Assembly (NCBI GenBank): GCA_964470725.1
Contig: CAYYEB010000001.1
Location: forward strand, 1 to 56,583
Source of the DNA: an uncultured Lachnospiraceae bacterium
Lineage (GTDB): Bacteria > Bacillota > Clostridia > Lachnospirales > Lachnospiraceae
DNA: 56,583 bases
Direction: 5' to 3'
Shown here: in pieces, positions 27,707 through 38,112 of the stretch
How positions within the stretch are numbered: the first letter of the stretch is position 1
How the letters are laid out: the number at the start of each line of letters is the position of its first letter
Position numbers and translations under genes: made by a program
The notes under the pieces: generated by a model
Database searches by the model: none
What the model was told of the DNA's origin: nothing
Seen by the model: the letters and a program-made list of their open reading frames with translations, nothing else

Positions 27707-28366
27707 ATGTTCTTAAAAGTAACACTCTCACTTCTTCAGGGATTCGGACAGACCCTGGAATTGTTTGTGCTGACACTTGTCTTTGCTCTTCCGCTGGGAC
27801 TTCTGATCAGTCTCGGCTCCATGAGCAAACTGAAGATTTTAAGCTATCCTCTGAAGTTTCTCATCTGGGTGATCCGCGGAACACCGCTTCTTCTTCAGTT
27901 GATGATTATCTATTACGGACCGGGAATTGCGACCGGTAATAATGTCTGGGGAGGAGCAACTTCCGGGAGATTTCTGGCCGCAACGGTAGCTTTTGTCATC
28001 AACTATGCCTGCTACTTTTCGGAGATTTATCGAGGCGGCATTCAGGCGATTCCGGTGGGACAGTACGAAGCGGGAGAAGTCCTCGGCCTGACCCGCGGAC
28101 AGATTTTCCGAAAGATCGTTTTGCTGCAGGTTATTAAAAGAATCGTTCCGCCGATGGCCAATGAGATCATCACACTTGTGAAGGATACTTCTCTGGCACG
28201 TGTCATCGCGGTGTATGAACTGATCTGGGCCGGTGAATCTTATATGAAGAGTGCCGGAATTATCTGGCCGTTGTTCTACACAGGACTTTACTATCTGATT
28301 TTCAGCGGGCTTCTGACACTTTTGTTTAACTGGATCGAAAAGAAGCTGGATTTCTTCCGGGTCTGA
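27707..28366 (+). CDS. Polar amino-acid ABC transporter permease
   Basis: IRGTPLLLQL, YFSEIYRGGI, GQYEA..LG, NEIITLVKDTSL. Confidence 0.94.
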   Translation: MFLKVTLSLLQGFGQTLELFVLTLVFALPLGLLISLGSMSKLKILSYPLKFLIWVIRGTPLLLQLMIIYYGPGIATGNNVWGGATSGRFLAATVAFVINYACYFSEIYRGGIQAIPVGQYEAGEVLGLTRGQIFRKIVLLQVIKRIVPPMANEIITLVKDTSLARVIAVYELIWAGESYMKSAGIIWPLFYTGLYYLIFSGLLTLLFNWIEKKLDFFRV

Positions 28367-28459
28367 GTTTTTGAAAAACCGGAAATCCGTTTTACCATCC
28401 GACAGGATCAGTTCAGAGTTCGTCTGCGGGCGTGAGAAAGTTTTCTAGGGAGAAGAAGA

Positions 28460-29236
28460 ATGGCTTTACTGGAAGTGAAAAATTTGAAAAAGAGCTTCGG
28501 AAGCACCGAAGTTTTAAAAGATATTAATTTCAATCTTGAGGAGGGACAGGCGATTTCCATTATCGGATCGTCCGGAAGCGGCAAGACAACGCTTCTTCGC
28601 TGTCTGAATTTCCTGGAAATTCCGGATGACGGAACCATTACGGTCAGGGGAGAAAAACTTTTTGACGGTAAAGACAGCATGTCCAAATCGGAATCGGAGA
28701 TTCGCCGGCATCGCCTTCATTTCGGTATGGTATTTCAGCAGTTCAACCTGTTCCCACAGTACACGGCTCTTGAAAATGTGATGCTGGCGCCAACCCTTTC
28801 CGCAAAGGAAAAAGGAACTTTGGATAAGGATGCGATTCGGAAGAATGCGGAGAGGCTCCTCGATGAAATGGGCCTGGCAGACCGGATGAATAATTATCCG
28901 CATCAGCTTTCCGGCGGCCAGCAGCAGCGTGTCGCCATTGCCCGTGCCCTTGCCCTGTCACCGGATATTCTGTGCTTTGACGAACCGACGAGTGCTCTCG
29001 ACCCGGAGCTGACGGGGGAAGTCCTCAAGGTCATTCGTGATCTGGCGGAACATCACACCACAATGATCATTGTCACCCATGAAATGTCCTTTGCAAGGGA
29101 TGTGGCGGATCAGGTGATCTTCATGGATGGCGGACGGATTGTGGAACAGGGGGATCCGAAGCAGGTAATTGATCATCCGAAGGAAGAGAGGACAAGGCAG
29201 TTCCTGTCGAATTACAGCAAAGATAAGAATGGCTGA
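28460..29236 (+). CDS. Polar amino-acid ABC transporter ATP-binding protein (GlnQ-like)
   Basis: [41 protein letters not shown]. Confidence 0.95.
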   Translation: MALLEVKNLKKSFGSTEVLKDINFNLEEGQAISIIGSSGSGKTTLLRCLNFLEIPDDGTITVRGEKLFDGKDSMSKSESEIRRHRLHFGMVFQQFNLFPQYTALENVMLAPTLSAKEKGTLDKDAIRKNAERLLDEMGLADRMNNYPHQLSGGQQQRVAIARALALSPDILCFDEPTSALDPELTGEVLKVIRDLAEHHTTMIIVTHEMSFARDVADQVIFMDGGRIVEQGDPKQVIDHPKEERTRQFLSNYSKDKNG

Positions 29237-29257
29237 GAGATGTAGCAATACTCAGTT

Positions 29258-29434
29258 CACTTCAAAATCAGAATATTCCGGCTGCAGACTATAGGAACGC
29301 GTGCGAAATCTCACAAGAATTGCGTCGGCTTGAGATCCACAAACGCTTCTATCGTGGTCGAGAGCCGTGCGAATAATTCGCAGTGAGATGAGCTAAGCGG
29401 ACGTGTCGCAGCGGAATATTCTGATTTTGAAGTG
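29258..29434. mobile_element. MITE-like palindromic element, family D (single copy, 177 bp)
   Basis: Perfect 23-bp terminal inverted repeats cacttcaaaatcagaatattccg / cggaatattctgattttgaagtg plus internal pairings; non-coding; mobility is inferred. Confidence 0.6.
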
Positions 29435-29551
29435 TGGAAAGCAGGAAATGGATGGAGACAGCTCTGATGATTCTATTTTGCTACTTTTCAGAATAAAGGA
29501 AGTATGTTAGGATTGCCGTGAACTCTGAAAACGCAACATGGAGGAAGACGA

Positions 29552-30970
29552 ATGAGTAATCTGCATGAAGAATGCGGCGTTTTTGGCATCTATGATCTGA
29601 GCGGGCGCAGGGATGTGGCCCGGACGATCTATTATGGGCTTCTTGCACTTCAGCACAGAGGCCAGGAAAGCTGCGGCATAGCTGTCAGCGATACAAACGG
29701 TCCGAAGGGCGTGAAAGTGCGAAAGGGCATGGGACTTGTCAGTGAACAGTTCACGAAGGAAGACATCGAGAAGCTGGAAGGCGATATCGGAGTCGGACAT
29801 GTCCGCTATTCTACAGCGGGAGCATCTATCCCGGAAAATGCGCAGCCGCTCGTGCTGCATTATATCAAGGGCACCCTGGCACTTGCCCATAACGGAAATC
29901 TGATCAATGCGAAGGAACTTCGCGATGAGCTGGCATACAACGGCTCTATTTTCCAGACGACAATTGATACGGAAGTCATTGCTTACGAAATTGCAAGAGA
30001 GCGTGTGCACTCGCACTCTGCGGAAGAGGCAGTGGGACGGGCAGCGGATAAGATCAAGGGAGCTTATTCGCTTGTTGTGATGTCTCCGAGAAAGCTGATC
30101 GGGATGAGAGATCCACTGGGATTTAAGCCCCTTTGTATCGGAAAGCGTGATGATGCATGGATTCTGGCAAGCGAGTCCTGCGCTCTGGATACGGTGGGAG
30201 CGACTTTCGTTCGTGATGTGCGTCCGGGTGAAATTGTTACGATTACACGGGAAGGAATTTCTTCTGATACGTCCCGGTGTCTGCCGCCGGAAAAACAGGC
30301 ACACTGCATTTTTGAATATATTTACTTCGCGAGAACAGACAGTAAGCTGGATGGCGTTGCGGTTTATAATTCAAGAATCAAGGCCGGTCGATGCCTTGCA
30401 CAGGACTCACCGGTTGATGCGGATGTGGTCTGCGGTGTTCCGGAATCCGGAAATGCGGCTGCCCTGGGATATGCGATGGAATCAGGCATCCCGTACGGAA
30501 CGGCGTTTTATAAAAACAGCTATATCGGCAGAACGTTTATCGCGCCGAATCAGGCGGCACGGGAAAATGGAGTGCAGGTCAAACTGAACGTGCTTGAGGA
30601 TGCCGTGAAGGGCAAGAGAGTCGTCCTGATTGATGATTCGATTGTCCGTGGAACGACCTCGGACAGAATTATTTCCATGCTGAAGGAACACGGCGCGAAG
30701 GAAGTACATATGCGGGTGAGCTCTCCGCCGTTTTTGTGGCCATGTTATTTCGGAACTGACGTGCCGGAGAGGCATCAGCTGATAGCATATAACCGGACCG
30801 TTGAAGAGATCCGTCAGGTGATTGGCGCTGATTCCCTGGGATATCTCAGGGCGGAGCGGCTGCCTGAACTGATTGACAACACGTCGGGCATCTGCCATGG
30901 ATGCTTCGACGGAAAATATCCTATGGAGACACCATCTACCAATATTCACAATATTCTGGAGGAAATGTGA
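29552..30970 (+). CDS. purF: Amidophosphoribosyltransferase (Fe-S type)
   Basis: EECGVFG propeptide junction, LQHRGQES, GHVRYST, AHNGN, CIFEYIYF, DDSIVRGTT, CHGC. Confidence 0.97.
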   Translation: MSNLHEECGVFGIYDLSGRRDVARTIYYGLLALQHRGQESCGIAVSDTNGPKGVKVRKGMGLVSEQFTKEDIEKLEGDIGVGHVRYSTAGASIPENAQPLVLHYIKGTLALAHNGNLINAKELRDELAYNGSIFQTTIDTEVIAYEIARERVHSHSAEEAVGRAADKIKGAYSLVVMSPRKLIGMRDPLGFKPLCIGKRDDAWILASESCALDTVGATFVRDVRPGEIVTITREGISSDTSRCLPPEKQAHCIFEYIYFARTDSKLDGVAVYNSRIKAGRCLAQDSPVDADVVCGVPESGNAAALGYAMESGIPYGTAFYKNSYIGRTFIAPNQAARENGVQVKLNVLEDAVKGKRVVLIDDSIVRGTTSDRIISMLKEHGAKEVHMRVSSPPFLWPCYFGTDVPERHQLIAYNRTVEEIRQVIGADSLGYLRAERLPELIDNTSGICHGCFDGKYPMETPSTNIHNILEEM

Positions 30971-30971
30971 G

Positions 30972-32402
30972 ATGAACGACAAGTATGTGAGCCCTCTGTC
31001 AGAACGTTATGCAAGTCCGGAAATGCAGGCAGTATTTTCTCCGGATAGAAAATTCCGCACCTGGAGAAAACTCTGGATTGCTCTGGCTGAAACAGAGCAG
31101 GAGCTGGGACTTGACATTACGGATGAGCAGATTGCGGAAATGAAGGCTCATGCGGATGATATCAACTACGAGGACGCAAAGCGCAGAGAAAAAGAAGTGC
31201 GTCACGATGTAATGTCTCATGTCTATGCGTATGGACTGCAGTGCCCGAAGGCAAAGCCGATCATTCATCTGGGAGCTACTTCCTGCTATGTCGGAGACAA
31301 TACGGATATCATCCTGATGCGCGATGCACTTGATATCATCAAGAGAAAACTCTTAAACGTCATTAATGAACTCGCAAAATTCGCAGATGAATATAAGGAT
31401 CTTCCGTGCCTTGCCTATACGCACTATCAGCCGGCTCAGCCTACGACAGTCGGAAAGCGTGCAACTCTTTGGATCAACGAATTTATGATGGATCTGGATG
31501 ATCTGGAATATGTCCGCGATTCCTTAAAGCTTCTCGGATGCAAGGGAACGACAGGAACACAGGCATCCTTCCTGGAGCTCTTTAACGGAGATCAGGAAAA
31601 GTGTGACCAGCTCGATCCGTTGATTGCCAAGAAGATGGGCTTTAAGGAGTGCTATCCGGTTTCCGGACAGACCTATTCAAGAAAGGTTGATACGAGAGTC
31701 CTGAACGTTCTTGCGGGAATTGCTGCAAGCGCAACCAAGTTCTCAAATGATATTCGTCTTCTGCAGCATGCCAAGGAAATTGAAGAGCCGTTTGAAAAGA
31801 GTCAGATCGGATCTTCGGCCATGGCATATAAGAGAAACCCGATGCGTTCCGAAAGAATCGGATCTCTTTCCAGATACATTCTGACGGATGCACTCAATCC
31901 GGCAATCACATCCTCCGTACAGTGGTTTGAACGGACACTGGATGATTCCGCCAATAAGCGCCTCTCCATTCCGGAAGGCTTCCTTGCAGCTGATGGAGTG
32001 CTGGATCTGGTAGCCAATGTCGTAGACGGACTTGTGGTTTATCCGAAGGTCATTCGCAAGCATCTGATGGCGGAGCTGCCGTTTATGGCAACGGAAAATA
32101 TCATGATGGATGCGGTTAAGGCCGGCGGGGATCGTCAGGAGCTGCATGAAAGAATTCGTGAGCTCTCCATGCAGGCCGGAAAGGTTGTCAAGGAGGAAGG
32201 CGGCGACAATCCGCTTCTGCAGCTGATTGCAGACGATCCGATGTTCAATCTCTCTTTGGAGGATCTTGAAAAATCCATGGATCCGTCCAAGTATGTCGGT
32301 CGTGCACCGTATCAGGTGGAACAGTATTTGAAAAACGTGGTCAATCCGGTCCTTGAAAAGAATAAGGACGTACTCGGCTGGAAGGCGGAAATTGACGTCT
32401 GA
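30972..32402 (+). CDS. purB: Adenylosuccinate lyase
   Basis: SPLSERYAS, RHDVMSH, IHLGATS, GSSAMAYKRNP; ATG 30972 follows GGAGG. Confidence 0.96.
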   Translation: MNDKYVSPLSERYASPEMQAVFSPDRKFRTWRKLWIALAETEQELGLDITDEQIAEMKAHADDINYEDAKRREKEVRHDVMSHVYAYGLQCPKAKPIIHLGATSCYVGDNTDIILMRDALDIIKRKLLNVINELAKFADEYKDLPCLAYTHYQPAQPTTVGKRATLWINEFMMDLDDLEYVRDSLKLLGCKGTTGTQASFLELFNGDQEKCDQLDPLIAKKMGFKECYPVSGQTYSRKVDTRVLNVLAGIAASATKFSNDIRLLQHAKEIEEPFEKSQIGSSAMAYKRNPMRSERIGSLSRYILTDALNPAITSSVQWFERTLDDSANKRLSIPEGFLAADGVLDLVANVVDGLVVYPKVIRKHLMAELPFMATENIMMDAVKAGGDRQELHERIRELSMQAGKVVKEEGGDNPLLQLIADDPMFNLSLEDLEKSMDPSKYVGRAPYQVEQYLKNVVNPVLEKNKDVLGWKAEIDV

Positions 32403-32540
32403 AATTTCTGGTATCCAGTCAGATGCCATGATATAATCAACTTGCTGTATAAAGCGCGGCCGGCCAAAGAGGGCAGGCCGCATAAAGAAGAGCGGATCCC
32501 AGTGATGGAAAAGGCTGAAATCAAAGGGAGGTATTTTCAT

Positions 32541-33815
32541 ATGGTAACAGCAGTAGTAGGAGCGAACTGGGGAGATGAAGGCAAGGGCAAGATTACAGAT
32601 ATGCTCGCCGATGAGGCTGATATTGTCATTCGTTTCCAGGGTGGTGCAAATGCAGGTCATACGATCAAGAATAACTATGGAAAGTTTGCACTCCACACAC
32701 TCCCGTCCGGAGTTTTTCATCCGAACATTACCAATATCATCGGAAATGGCGTGGCCCTTTCCGTTCCGAAGATTGAAGCTGAATTAAAGGATATTGAATC
32801 CAAGGGTGTTCCTGCGCCGAAGCTTCTGATTTCCAACAGGGCACAGATGGTCATGAGCTATCATGTTCTCTTCGATACACTGGAAGAGGCTCGTCTTGCG
32901 GGAAATGCATTTGGTTCCACGAAGTCCGGAATTGCACCGTTCTTCTCTGACAAGTTTGCCAAGATCGGCATTCAGGTCAGCGAACTTGAGGACATGGATG
33001 CCTTAAGAAAAAAGGTTGTCGGAATTGTGGAAAAGAAGAACATCGAGCTGAAGTACCTGTATCACACGGATCTGCTGAAGGTCGATGACATCATGGAGGA
33101 GCTGGAAGGATATAAGAAGGTCCTGGCTCCCTTTGTCGCAGATACATCCAAGTTCCTGTGGGAAGCTCGTAAGGAGGGCAAGACAGCACTTCTGGAAGGT
33201 CAGCTCGGCACAATGAAAGATCCGGATCACGGTATTTATCCGATGGTGACATCTTCTTCAACGCTGGCAGCTTACGGCTGCGTCGGCGCAGGCATTCCGC
33301 CATATGATATCAATAGAATTGTCGCCGTATCCAAAGCTTACTCTTCTGCGGTAGGTGCGGGTGAATTCGTTTCCGAAATCTTCGGTGACGAGGCGGATGA
33401 GCTTCGTAACCGCGGCGGCGACGGCGGAGAATACGGTGCAACAACCGGACGCCCGAGAAGAGTCGGCTGGTATGACTGCGTGGCATCCAAGTATGGCTGC
33501 AGACTCCAGGGGGCAACGGAAGTGGCTCTGACGGTCCTCGATGCGCTTGGCTATCTCGATGAGATTCCGGTCTGCACGGCGTATGAGATCGATGGAAAGA
33601 TCACGACCGAATTCCCGACGACAACCGTTCTGAAGAAGGCAAAGCCGGTCTGGACACGTCTTCCGGGTTGGAAATGTGACATTCGCGGAATCCGCAAGTT
33701 CGAGGATCTTCCGGAGAATGCTCAGAATTATGTGAAATTCATTGAAGAGCAGATCGGCTTCCCGATCAAGCTTGTTTCCAATGGACCGGCAAGAGAGGAC
33801 ATCATCCGCAGATAA
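32541..33815 (+). CDS. purA: Adenylosuccinate synthetase
   Basis: GANWGDEGKGK, GGANAGHT, EGQLG, G.YPMVTSS, GATTGRPRRVGW; ATG 32541 follows GGGAGG. Confidence 0.97.
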   Translation: MVTAVVGANWGDEGKGKITDMLADEADIVIRFQGGANAGHTIKNNYGKFALHTLPSGVFHPNITNIIGNGVALSVPKIEAELKDIESKGVPAPKLLISNRAQMVMSYHVLFDTLEEARLAGNAFGSTKSGIAPFFSDKFAKIGIQVSELEDMDALRKKVVGIVEKKNIELKYLYHTDLLKVDDIMEELEGYKKVLAPFVADTSKFLWEARKEGKTALLEGQLGTMKDPDHGIYPMVTSSSTLAAYGCVGAGIPPYDINRIVAVSKAYSSAVGAGEFVSEIFGDEADELRNRGGDGGEYGATTGRPRRVGWYDCVASKYGCRLQGATEVALTVLDALGYLDEIPVCTAYEIDGKITTEFPTTTVLKKAKPVWTRLPGWKCDIRGIRKFEDLPENAQNYVKFIEEQIGFPIKLVSNGPAREDIIRR

Positions 33816-33831
33816 ACCGATAGATACTTCT

Positions 33832-33866
33832 AAGTCCCCCAGACCTTTCGGTGTGGGGGACTTTTT
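33832..33866 (+). terminator. Intrinsic terminator after purA
   Basis: aagtccccca...tgggggactt stem followed by a T run. Confidence 0.85.
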
Positions 33867-33911
33867 GCAATTGATATAAACTTTGCGTAATTTGAGAGGA
33901 GACTCCTCCCG

Positions 33912-35828
33912 ATGGAAAATAATATTTCAAAAGAACAGGCTAAAATATTGGAACAGGCGATTTCGGAAGCGGTAAAAGAGCCGGATCTGGATCAGTCTGT
34001 GCAGAAAATGATTGCCTATTTCGGAACGAATATATACTGTGACCGGGTTTCCGTTTTTGAGATCAAAAACCAGAGCAATGTAAATAACAGCTATGAATGG
34101 TGTGATCAACAGGCGGAACCTCAGATTACTCTGATGCAGAATCTGCCCGTTTCCTATATACCAAAGGACTGGATGTCGAATTTCTGCACCCATCAGAGCG
34201 TTGTCATAAAGGACATGAATGAATATAGCCTGCTGAACGCAAAGAGCAGCGAGTTTCTGACGAAATTGGGCATCCGATATCTGATTGCAGTACCTCTGTT
34301 TGAAAACGAACATATCCTGGGATTCCTGAGCCTTTGTAATCCTGTTCCTGCTGAAATGGATGAGGACGAAATGCTTCTGCGCCTGCTTGGTGAGTTTACC
34401 GCGGTCCTGATCAGCCGCAGAAACAGCGAACGCAAACTGCAGTATCTTTCGCAGAAAGATCCTCTGACGGGGCTTGAAAATATTCAGTCTTTTCGCCAGA
34501 GAGTAAGAGATATCACTGAAAGTAACTGGAAAAATATGTCAGTACCGGTGTCTTCGGAGCCACTCAATAAGTATGTTTCGCCAGAGCATCAGGACTCTTA
34601 TATCGTCTATTTTAATGCTTCAAATTTTAAGGAGTTCAATGCCATTTACGGTCAGCGGGAGGGCGATAAATGTCTCATCCGCATCTCTCAGCTGATTCGG
34701 GAGATTTTTGAAACGGATGTGGCGTGCCGCAGCTACTCTGATCATTTTTATGTGTTTTATGACAGAGATGATGTACAGGATCGAATCCAGAGATTGCACG
34801 ACCGCTGCCTCGGTCTTCGGAAGCATTTCAGGGTCTGGATGCGTGCGGGCGTCTGCCGTCTTCAGGAACCGGCGGACATTTATGAAAGCTGTGATGCGGC
34901 GAAACTAGCCTGTGATCAGATTCCGGATGATACGGTTCATTTTTACAATACCTATTCTGCTGAAATCATGCAGACTCTGCAGCAGGAAAAATACATTCAG
35001 GATAATGTGGAAAATGCGATAAAGAAGGGAAATATTCTTGTCTATTTTCAGCCTGTTGTGCGGGCTGCTACAGGGAAGCTCTGTAATTTTGAAGCGCTTG
35101 TCCGCTGGGATGATCCGAAATACGGATTTCTTTCCCCGGGAGTGTTCATTCCTGTTCTGGAAAAACATCACAGATGCTATAAGATCGATTCCTACGTGGT
35201 GGAAGAATGCTGCAGGATGCTGTCCATGCGGTTGAAGAAGGGACTTCCATGTGTGCCGGTCTCATTTAATATTTCACGGACAGACTTTATGATGTGTGAT
35301 CCGGTGAGAATTGTGACGGATAATGCCAATAAATACGGAATTGACCACAGATATTTGTGTGTGGAAATCACGGAATCCTCGATGATGGAAGCCCCTGAGA
35401 AGATCAGAACGGCAATACTGAGGTTTAAGAAGGAGGGCTTCCAGGTGTGGATGGACGATTTTGGAAGTGCGTATTCCTCACTCGTGACACTGAAAGACTA
35501 TGAGTTCGATGAAATAAAACTCGACATGGCCTTTATGCGAAATATGAATCAGACTTCGAAGATCATTATAATTTCAGCCATCCAGATGGCAAAGCGGATG
35601 GGAATCCATACACTTTGCGAGGGCGTGGAAACACAGGAGCAGCTGGATTTCCTGAAAGAGGCCGGATGTGAAAAAATTCAGGGATACTATTATGGACGAC
35701 CTATGCCGCTGGAAGAACAGCTGACAAATCTGGAAAATAAGGGAGTCTATGCCGAAAGCCGGGAAGAGGCTCTGAAGTGGAATCAGATTGCAGCAGGTAA
35801 GCAAGACAATGCGAAGGAAGATCAGTAA
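33912..35828 (+). CDS. GAF - degenerate GGDEF - EAL protein, probable c-di-GMP phosphodiesterase
   Basis: GAF (CDRVSVFE..NSYEWC), DPLTGL, GGDEF replaced by YSDHF; intact EAL motifs EALVRW, EITE, DDFGSAYSS, KLD, EGVET, QGY. Confidence 0.88.
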   Translation: MENNISKEQAKILEQAISEAVKEPDLDQSVQKMIAYFGTNIYCDRVSVFEIKNQSNVNNSYEWCDQQAEPQITLMQNLPVSYIPKDWMSNFCTHQSVVIKDMNEYSLLNAKSSEFLTKLGIRYLIAVPLFENEHILGFLSLCNPVPAEMDEDEMLLRLLGEFTAVLISRRNSERKLQYLSQKDPLTGLENIQSFRQRVRDITESNWKNMSVPVSSEPLNKYVSPEHQDSYIVYFNASNFKEFNAIYGQREGDKCLIRISQLIREIFETDVACRSYSDHFYVFYDRDDVQDRIQRLHDRCLGLRKHFRVWMRAGVCRLQEPADIYESCDAAKLACDQIPDDTVHFYNTYSAEIMQTLQQEKYIQDNVENAIKKGNILVYFQPVVRAATGKLCNFEALVRWDDPKYGFLSPGVFIPVLEKHHRCYKIDSYVVEECCRMLSMRLKKGLPCVPVSFNISRTDFMMCDPVRIVTDNANKYGIDHRYLCVEITESSMMEAPEKIRTAILRFKKEGFQVWMDDFGSAYSSLVTLKDYEFDEIKLDMAFMRNMNQTSKIIIISAIQMAKRMGIHTLCEGVETQEQLDFLKEAGCEKIQGYYYGRPMPLEEQLTNLENKGVYAESREEALKWNQIAAGKQDNAKEDQ

Positions 35829-35905
35829 CCTGACGATCTCGAAGCATGATCTGTATAAAATAGAAGCAGACAACCATAAATTATGTGAGAGAAGCTTTGA
35901 CAAGA

Positions 35906-35934
35906 TAGACAAAAATGTCTGCGAATGCTATACT
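35906..35934 (+). promoter_or_regulatory. Putative sigma-A promoter of gldA
   Basis: TAGACA-17 bp-TATACT with TG extension. Confidence 0.6.
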
Positions 35935-35980
35935 GATGTTAGTGCTTTTGCGCATCAGTTATCAAAGGAGGCTAATCAGT

Positions 35981-37084
35981 ATGGCGAAAATTTTTATTAG
36001 TCCAAGCAAGTACATTCAGGCACCCGGTGAAATGAAGAAGATCGGGGAGCATACTTCCGTGTATGGAAAAAAGGCTCTTGTTCTCATCAGCGCAGGCGGT
36101 AAGAGAAGATCCGGCGAAGAGATCGAGAAGTCTTTCTGGAATTCCGATGCGGACTGTGTGTTTGAGATTTTTAACGGAGAATGTTCGGATTCCGAAATCA
36201 GCCGGATTACCGAGGTTGTGAAGGAGAATAAGTGTGACGTGGTCGTCGGTGTGGGCGGCGGAAAGATTTTCGATACGGCAAAGGCTGTGGCGAATAACGT
36301 GGGAACGCCTGTCATTATCTGTCCGACAATCGCATCGACGGATGCGCCGTGCAGCGCGCTTTCCGTCATTTATACAGATGACGGAGCATTTGAGAAATAT
36401 GCATATTTCAAGCAGAACCCGAATGTTGTCCTGATGGATACCGATATTATTGCACATTCCCCGGTGAGACTTACGGTTGCAGGAATGGGCGATGCATTTG
36501 CTACTTACTTTGAAGCACGTGCCTGCAAAAGATCAGGTGCAACAACCTGTGCCGGCGGCAAGGTGACAAATGCGGCAATGGGTATCGCAAGACTTTGCTA
36601 CGATACGCTGATGGAAGAGGGTGTGAAGGCAAAGGCAGCCCTTGATGCCGGTGTCAGAACAGAAGCCGTGGAGAAGATCATTGAGGCCAATACCCTCCTT
36701 TCCGGAATCGGTTTTGAAAGCGGCGGACTTGCCGGCGCTCATGCCATCCATAACGGTTTCACAATTCTTCCGGAGTGCCATAAGATGTACCACGGTGAAA
36801 AAGTTGCGTTCGGTACACTGACACAGCTGATTCTGGAAGATATTCCTGAAGAGGAACTGGATCGCTATTACAGCTGGTGCGAGACGCTGGGACTTCCTGT
36901 GACCCTGCGTCAGCTTGGCATCACGGACCCGTCCTGGGACAAGATCTATAAGGTTGCAGAGGCTGCATGCTCTGAAAATGACACGCTTCACAACATGCCG
37001 TTTGAGATCAATCCGGACATTGTTGCCAATGCGATTTTCGCAGCTGATTCCTATGGAAAAATGTTCCATGAAGAAGACGATTAA
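35981..37084 (+). CDS. gldA: Glycerol dehydrogenase
   Basis: SPSKYIQ, FNGECS, GGGKIFDTAKA, PTIASTDAPCSALSV, AGMGDA, GFESGGLAGAHAIHNG, HGEKVAFG; ATG 35981 follows AAGGAGG. Confidence 0.92.
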   Translation: MAKIFISPSKYIQAPGEMKKIGEHTSVYGKKALVLISAGGKRRSGEEIEKSFWNSDADCVFEIFNGECSDSEISRITEVVKENKCDVVVGVGGGKIFDTAKAVANNVGTPVIICPTIASTDAPCSALSVIYTDDGAFEKYAYFKQNPNVVLMDTDIIAHSPVRLTVAGMGDAFATYFEARACKRSGATTCAGGKVTNAAMGIARLCYDTLMEEGVKAKAALDAGVRTEAVEKIIEANTLLSGIGFESGGLAGAHAIHNGFTILPECHKMYHGEKVAFGTLTQLILEDIPEEELDRYYSWCETLGLPVTLRQLGITDPSWDKIYKVAEAACSENDTLHNMPFEINPDIVANAIFAADSYGKMFHEEDD

Positions 37085-37095
37085 TTTATAAGCGC

Positions 37096-37142
37096 AAAAA
37101 AGAGAACTGTCGGACCGTTCTGCGATTCGACAGTTCTTTTTT
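37096..37142. terminator. Bidirectional intrinsic terminator between convergent gldA and EamA genes
   Basis: aaaaaagagaactgtcg...cgacagttctttttt. Confidence 0.85.
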
Positions 37143-37174
37143 ATGTAGAAACAAGTATCTGGTGAAATTTGTTC

Positions 37175-38074
37175 TTACCTCTTGGCTGCGATATTCACCT
37201 TCTTGTCTTTATCCAGCTGATATTTCCATTTTACAAATGCAGTCGCAATGACGATGACATATCCTATGATGCTCAGATGATCCGGAACTTCTCCGAGGAA
37301 GAGAATTCCCCAGATCGAGGCAAACATGACCTGACTGTAGTCAAATACAGAGATGACCTTGGCCGGTGCAAGAGAATAGGCTGCTGTAATTGCAAACTGT
37401 CCGACCATCGCACAGAAACCGGCGAGAGTCAGAAGCCCCCACTGTCTGAACGTCATCGGATGATAGGCAAAAATCATATACGGCAAAGTGACAAGGGCAC
37501 TGAAAACCGAAAAACAGAAGACGATAACCGTTCCCCGTTCCCCCTTTCCGGTTGCTTTTCTGAGGAACGAGTAGGCTGTTCCGGCTCCGAAACCGCTTAG
37601 AAGCCCTACGAGAGCAGGCAGGGAAGCCAGACCGGATGTAGGCTTTACGATGAACAATACACCGACAAATGCGATCGCGATGCAGAACCATTCGAAGGCC
37701 GTCGGGATTTCACCAAGAATGAAGATGGACATGATCATCGCAAAGAAAGGGGACATCTTGTTTAAGATATTTGCATCTGCCAGCACCAGATGGTCGATGG
37801 CCCAGAAGTTTAAGATCATGCCGATGCCGCCGCAGACGCAGCGTCCGGCCACATATTTAAAAGTACTTTTCTGAATGTGAAACTTTTGCGGCGAACGCGC
37901 AAGCGCGATCGTTGCGCAGACCAGAGCGACGATATTTCTGAAAAATACTTTCTGCATCGTCGGAACATTTCCCGAGAGCCTGACAAAAAAGGTCATGAGA
38001 GAAAATCCGAGAGAATTTAAGATGACAAATCCGATTGCTTTTGTATGCTGGCGGATCACCTGATTTTTCTGCAT
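37175..38074 (-). CDS. EamA/DMT family transporter
   Basis: Ten TM segments in two EamA repeats; FFRN, SPFF....SIFILGE, AYSLAPA..ISVFDY. Confidence 0.9.
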   Translation of the reverse strand: MQKNQVIRQHTKAIGFVILNSLGFSLMTFFVRLSGNVPTMQKVFFRNIVALVCATIALARSPQKFHIQKSTFKYVAGRCVCGGIGMILNFWAIDHLVLADANILNKMSPFFAMIMSIFILGEIPTAFEWFCIAIAFVGVLFIVKPTSGLASLPALVGLLSGFGAGTAYSFLRKATGKGERGTVIVFCFSVFSALVTLPYMIFAYHPMTFRQWGLLTLAGFCAMVGQFAITAAYSLAPAKVISVFDYSQVMFASIWGILFLGEVPDHLSIIGYVIVIATAFVKWKYQLDKDKKVNIAAKR

Positions 38075-38112
38075 AAAACCACTTCCCTTTCAGATTTATA
38101 TAAAGCCGATGA

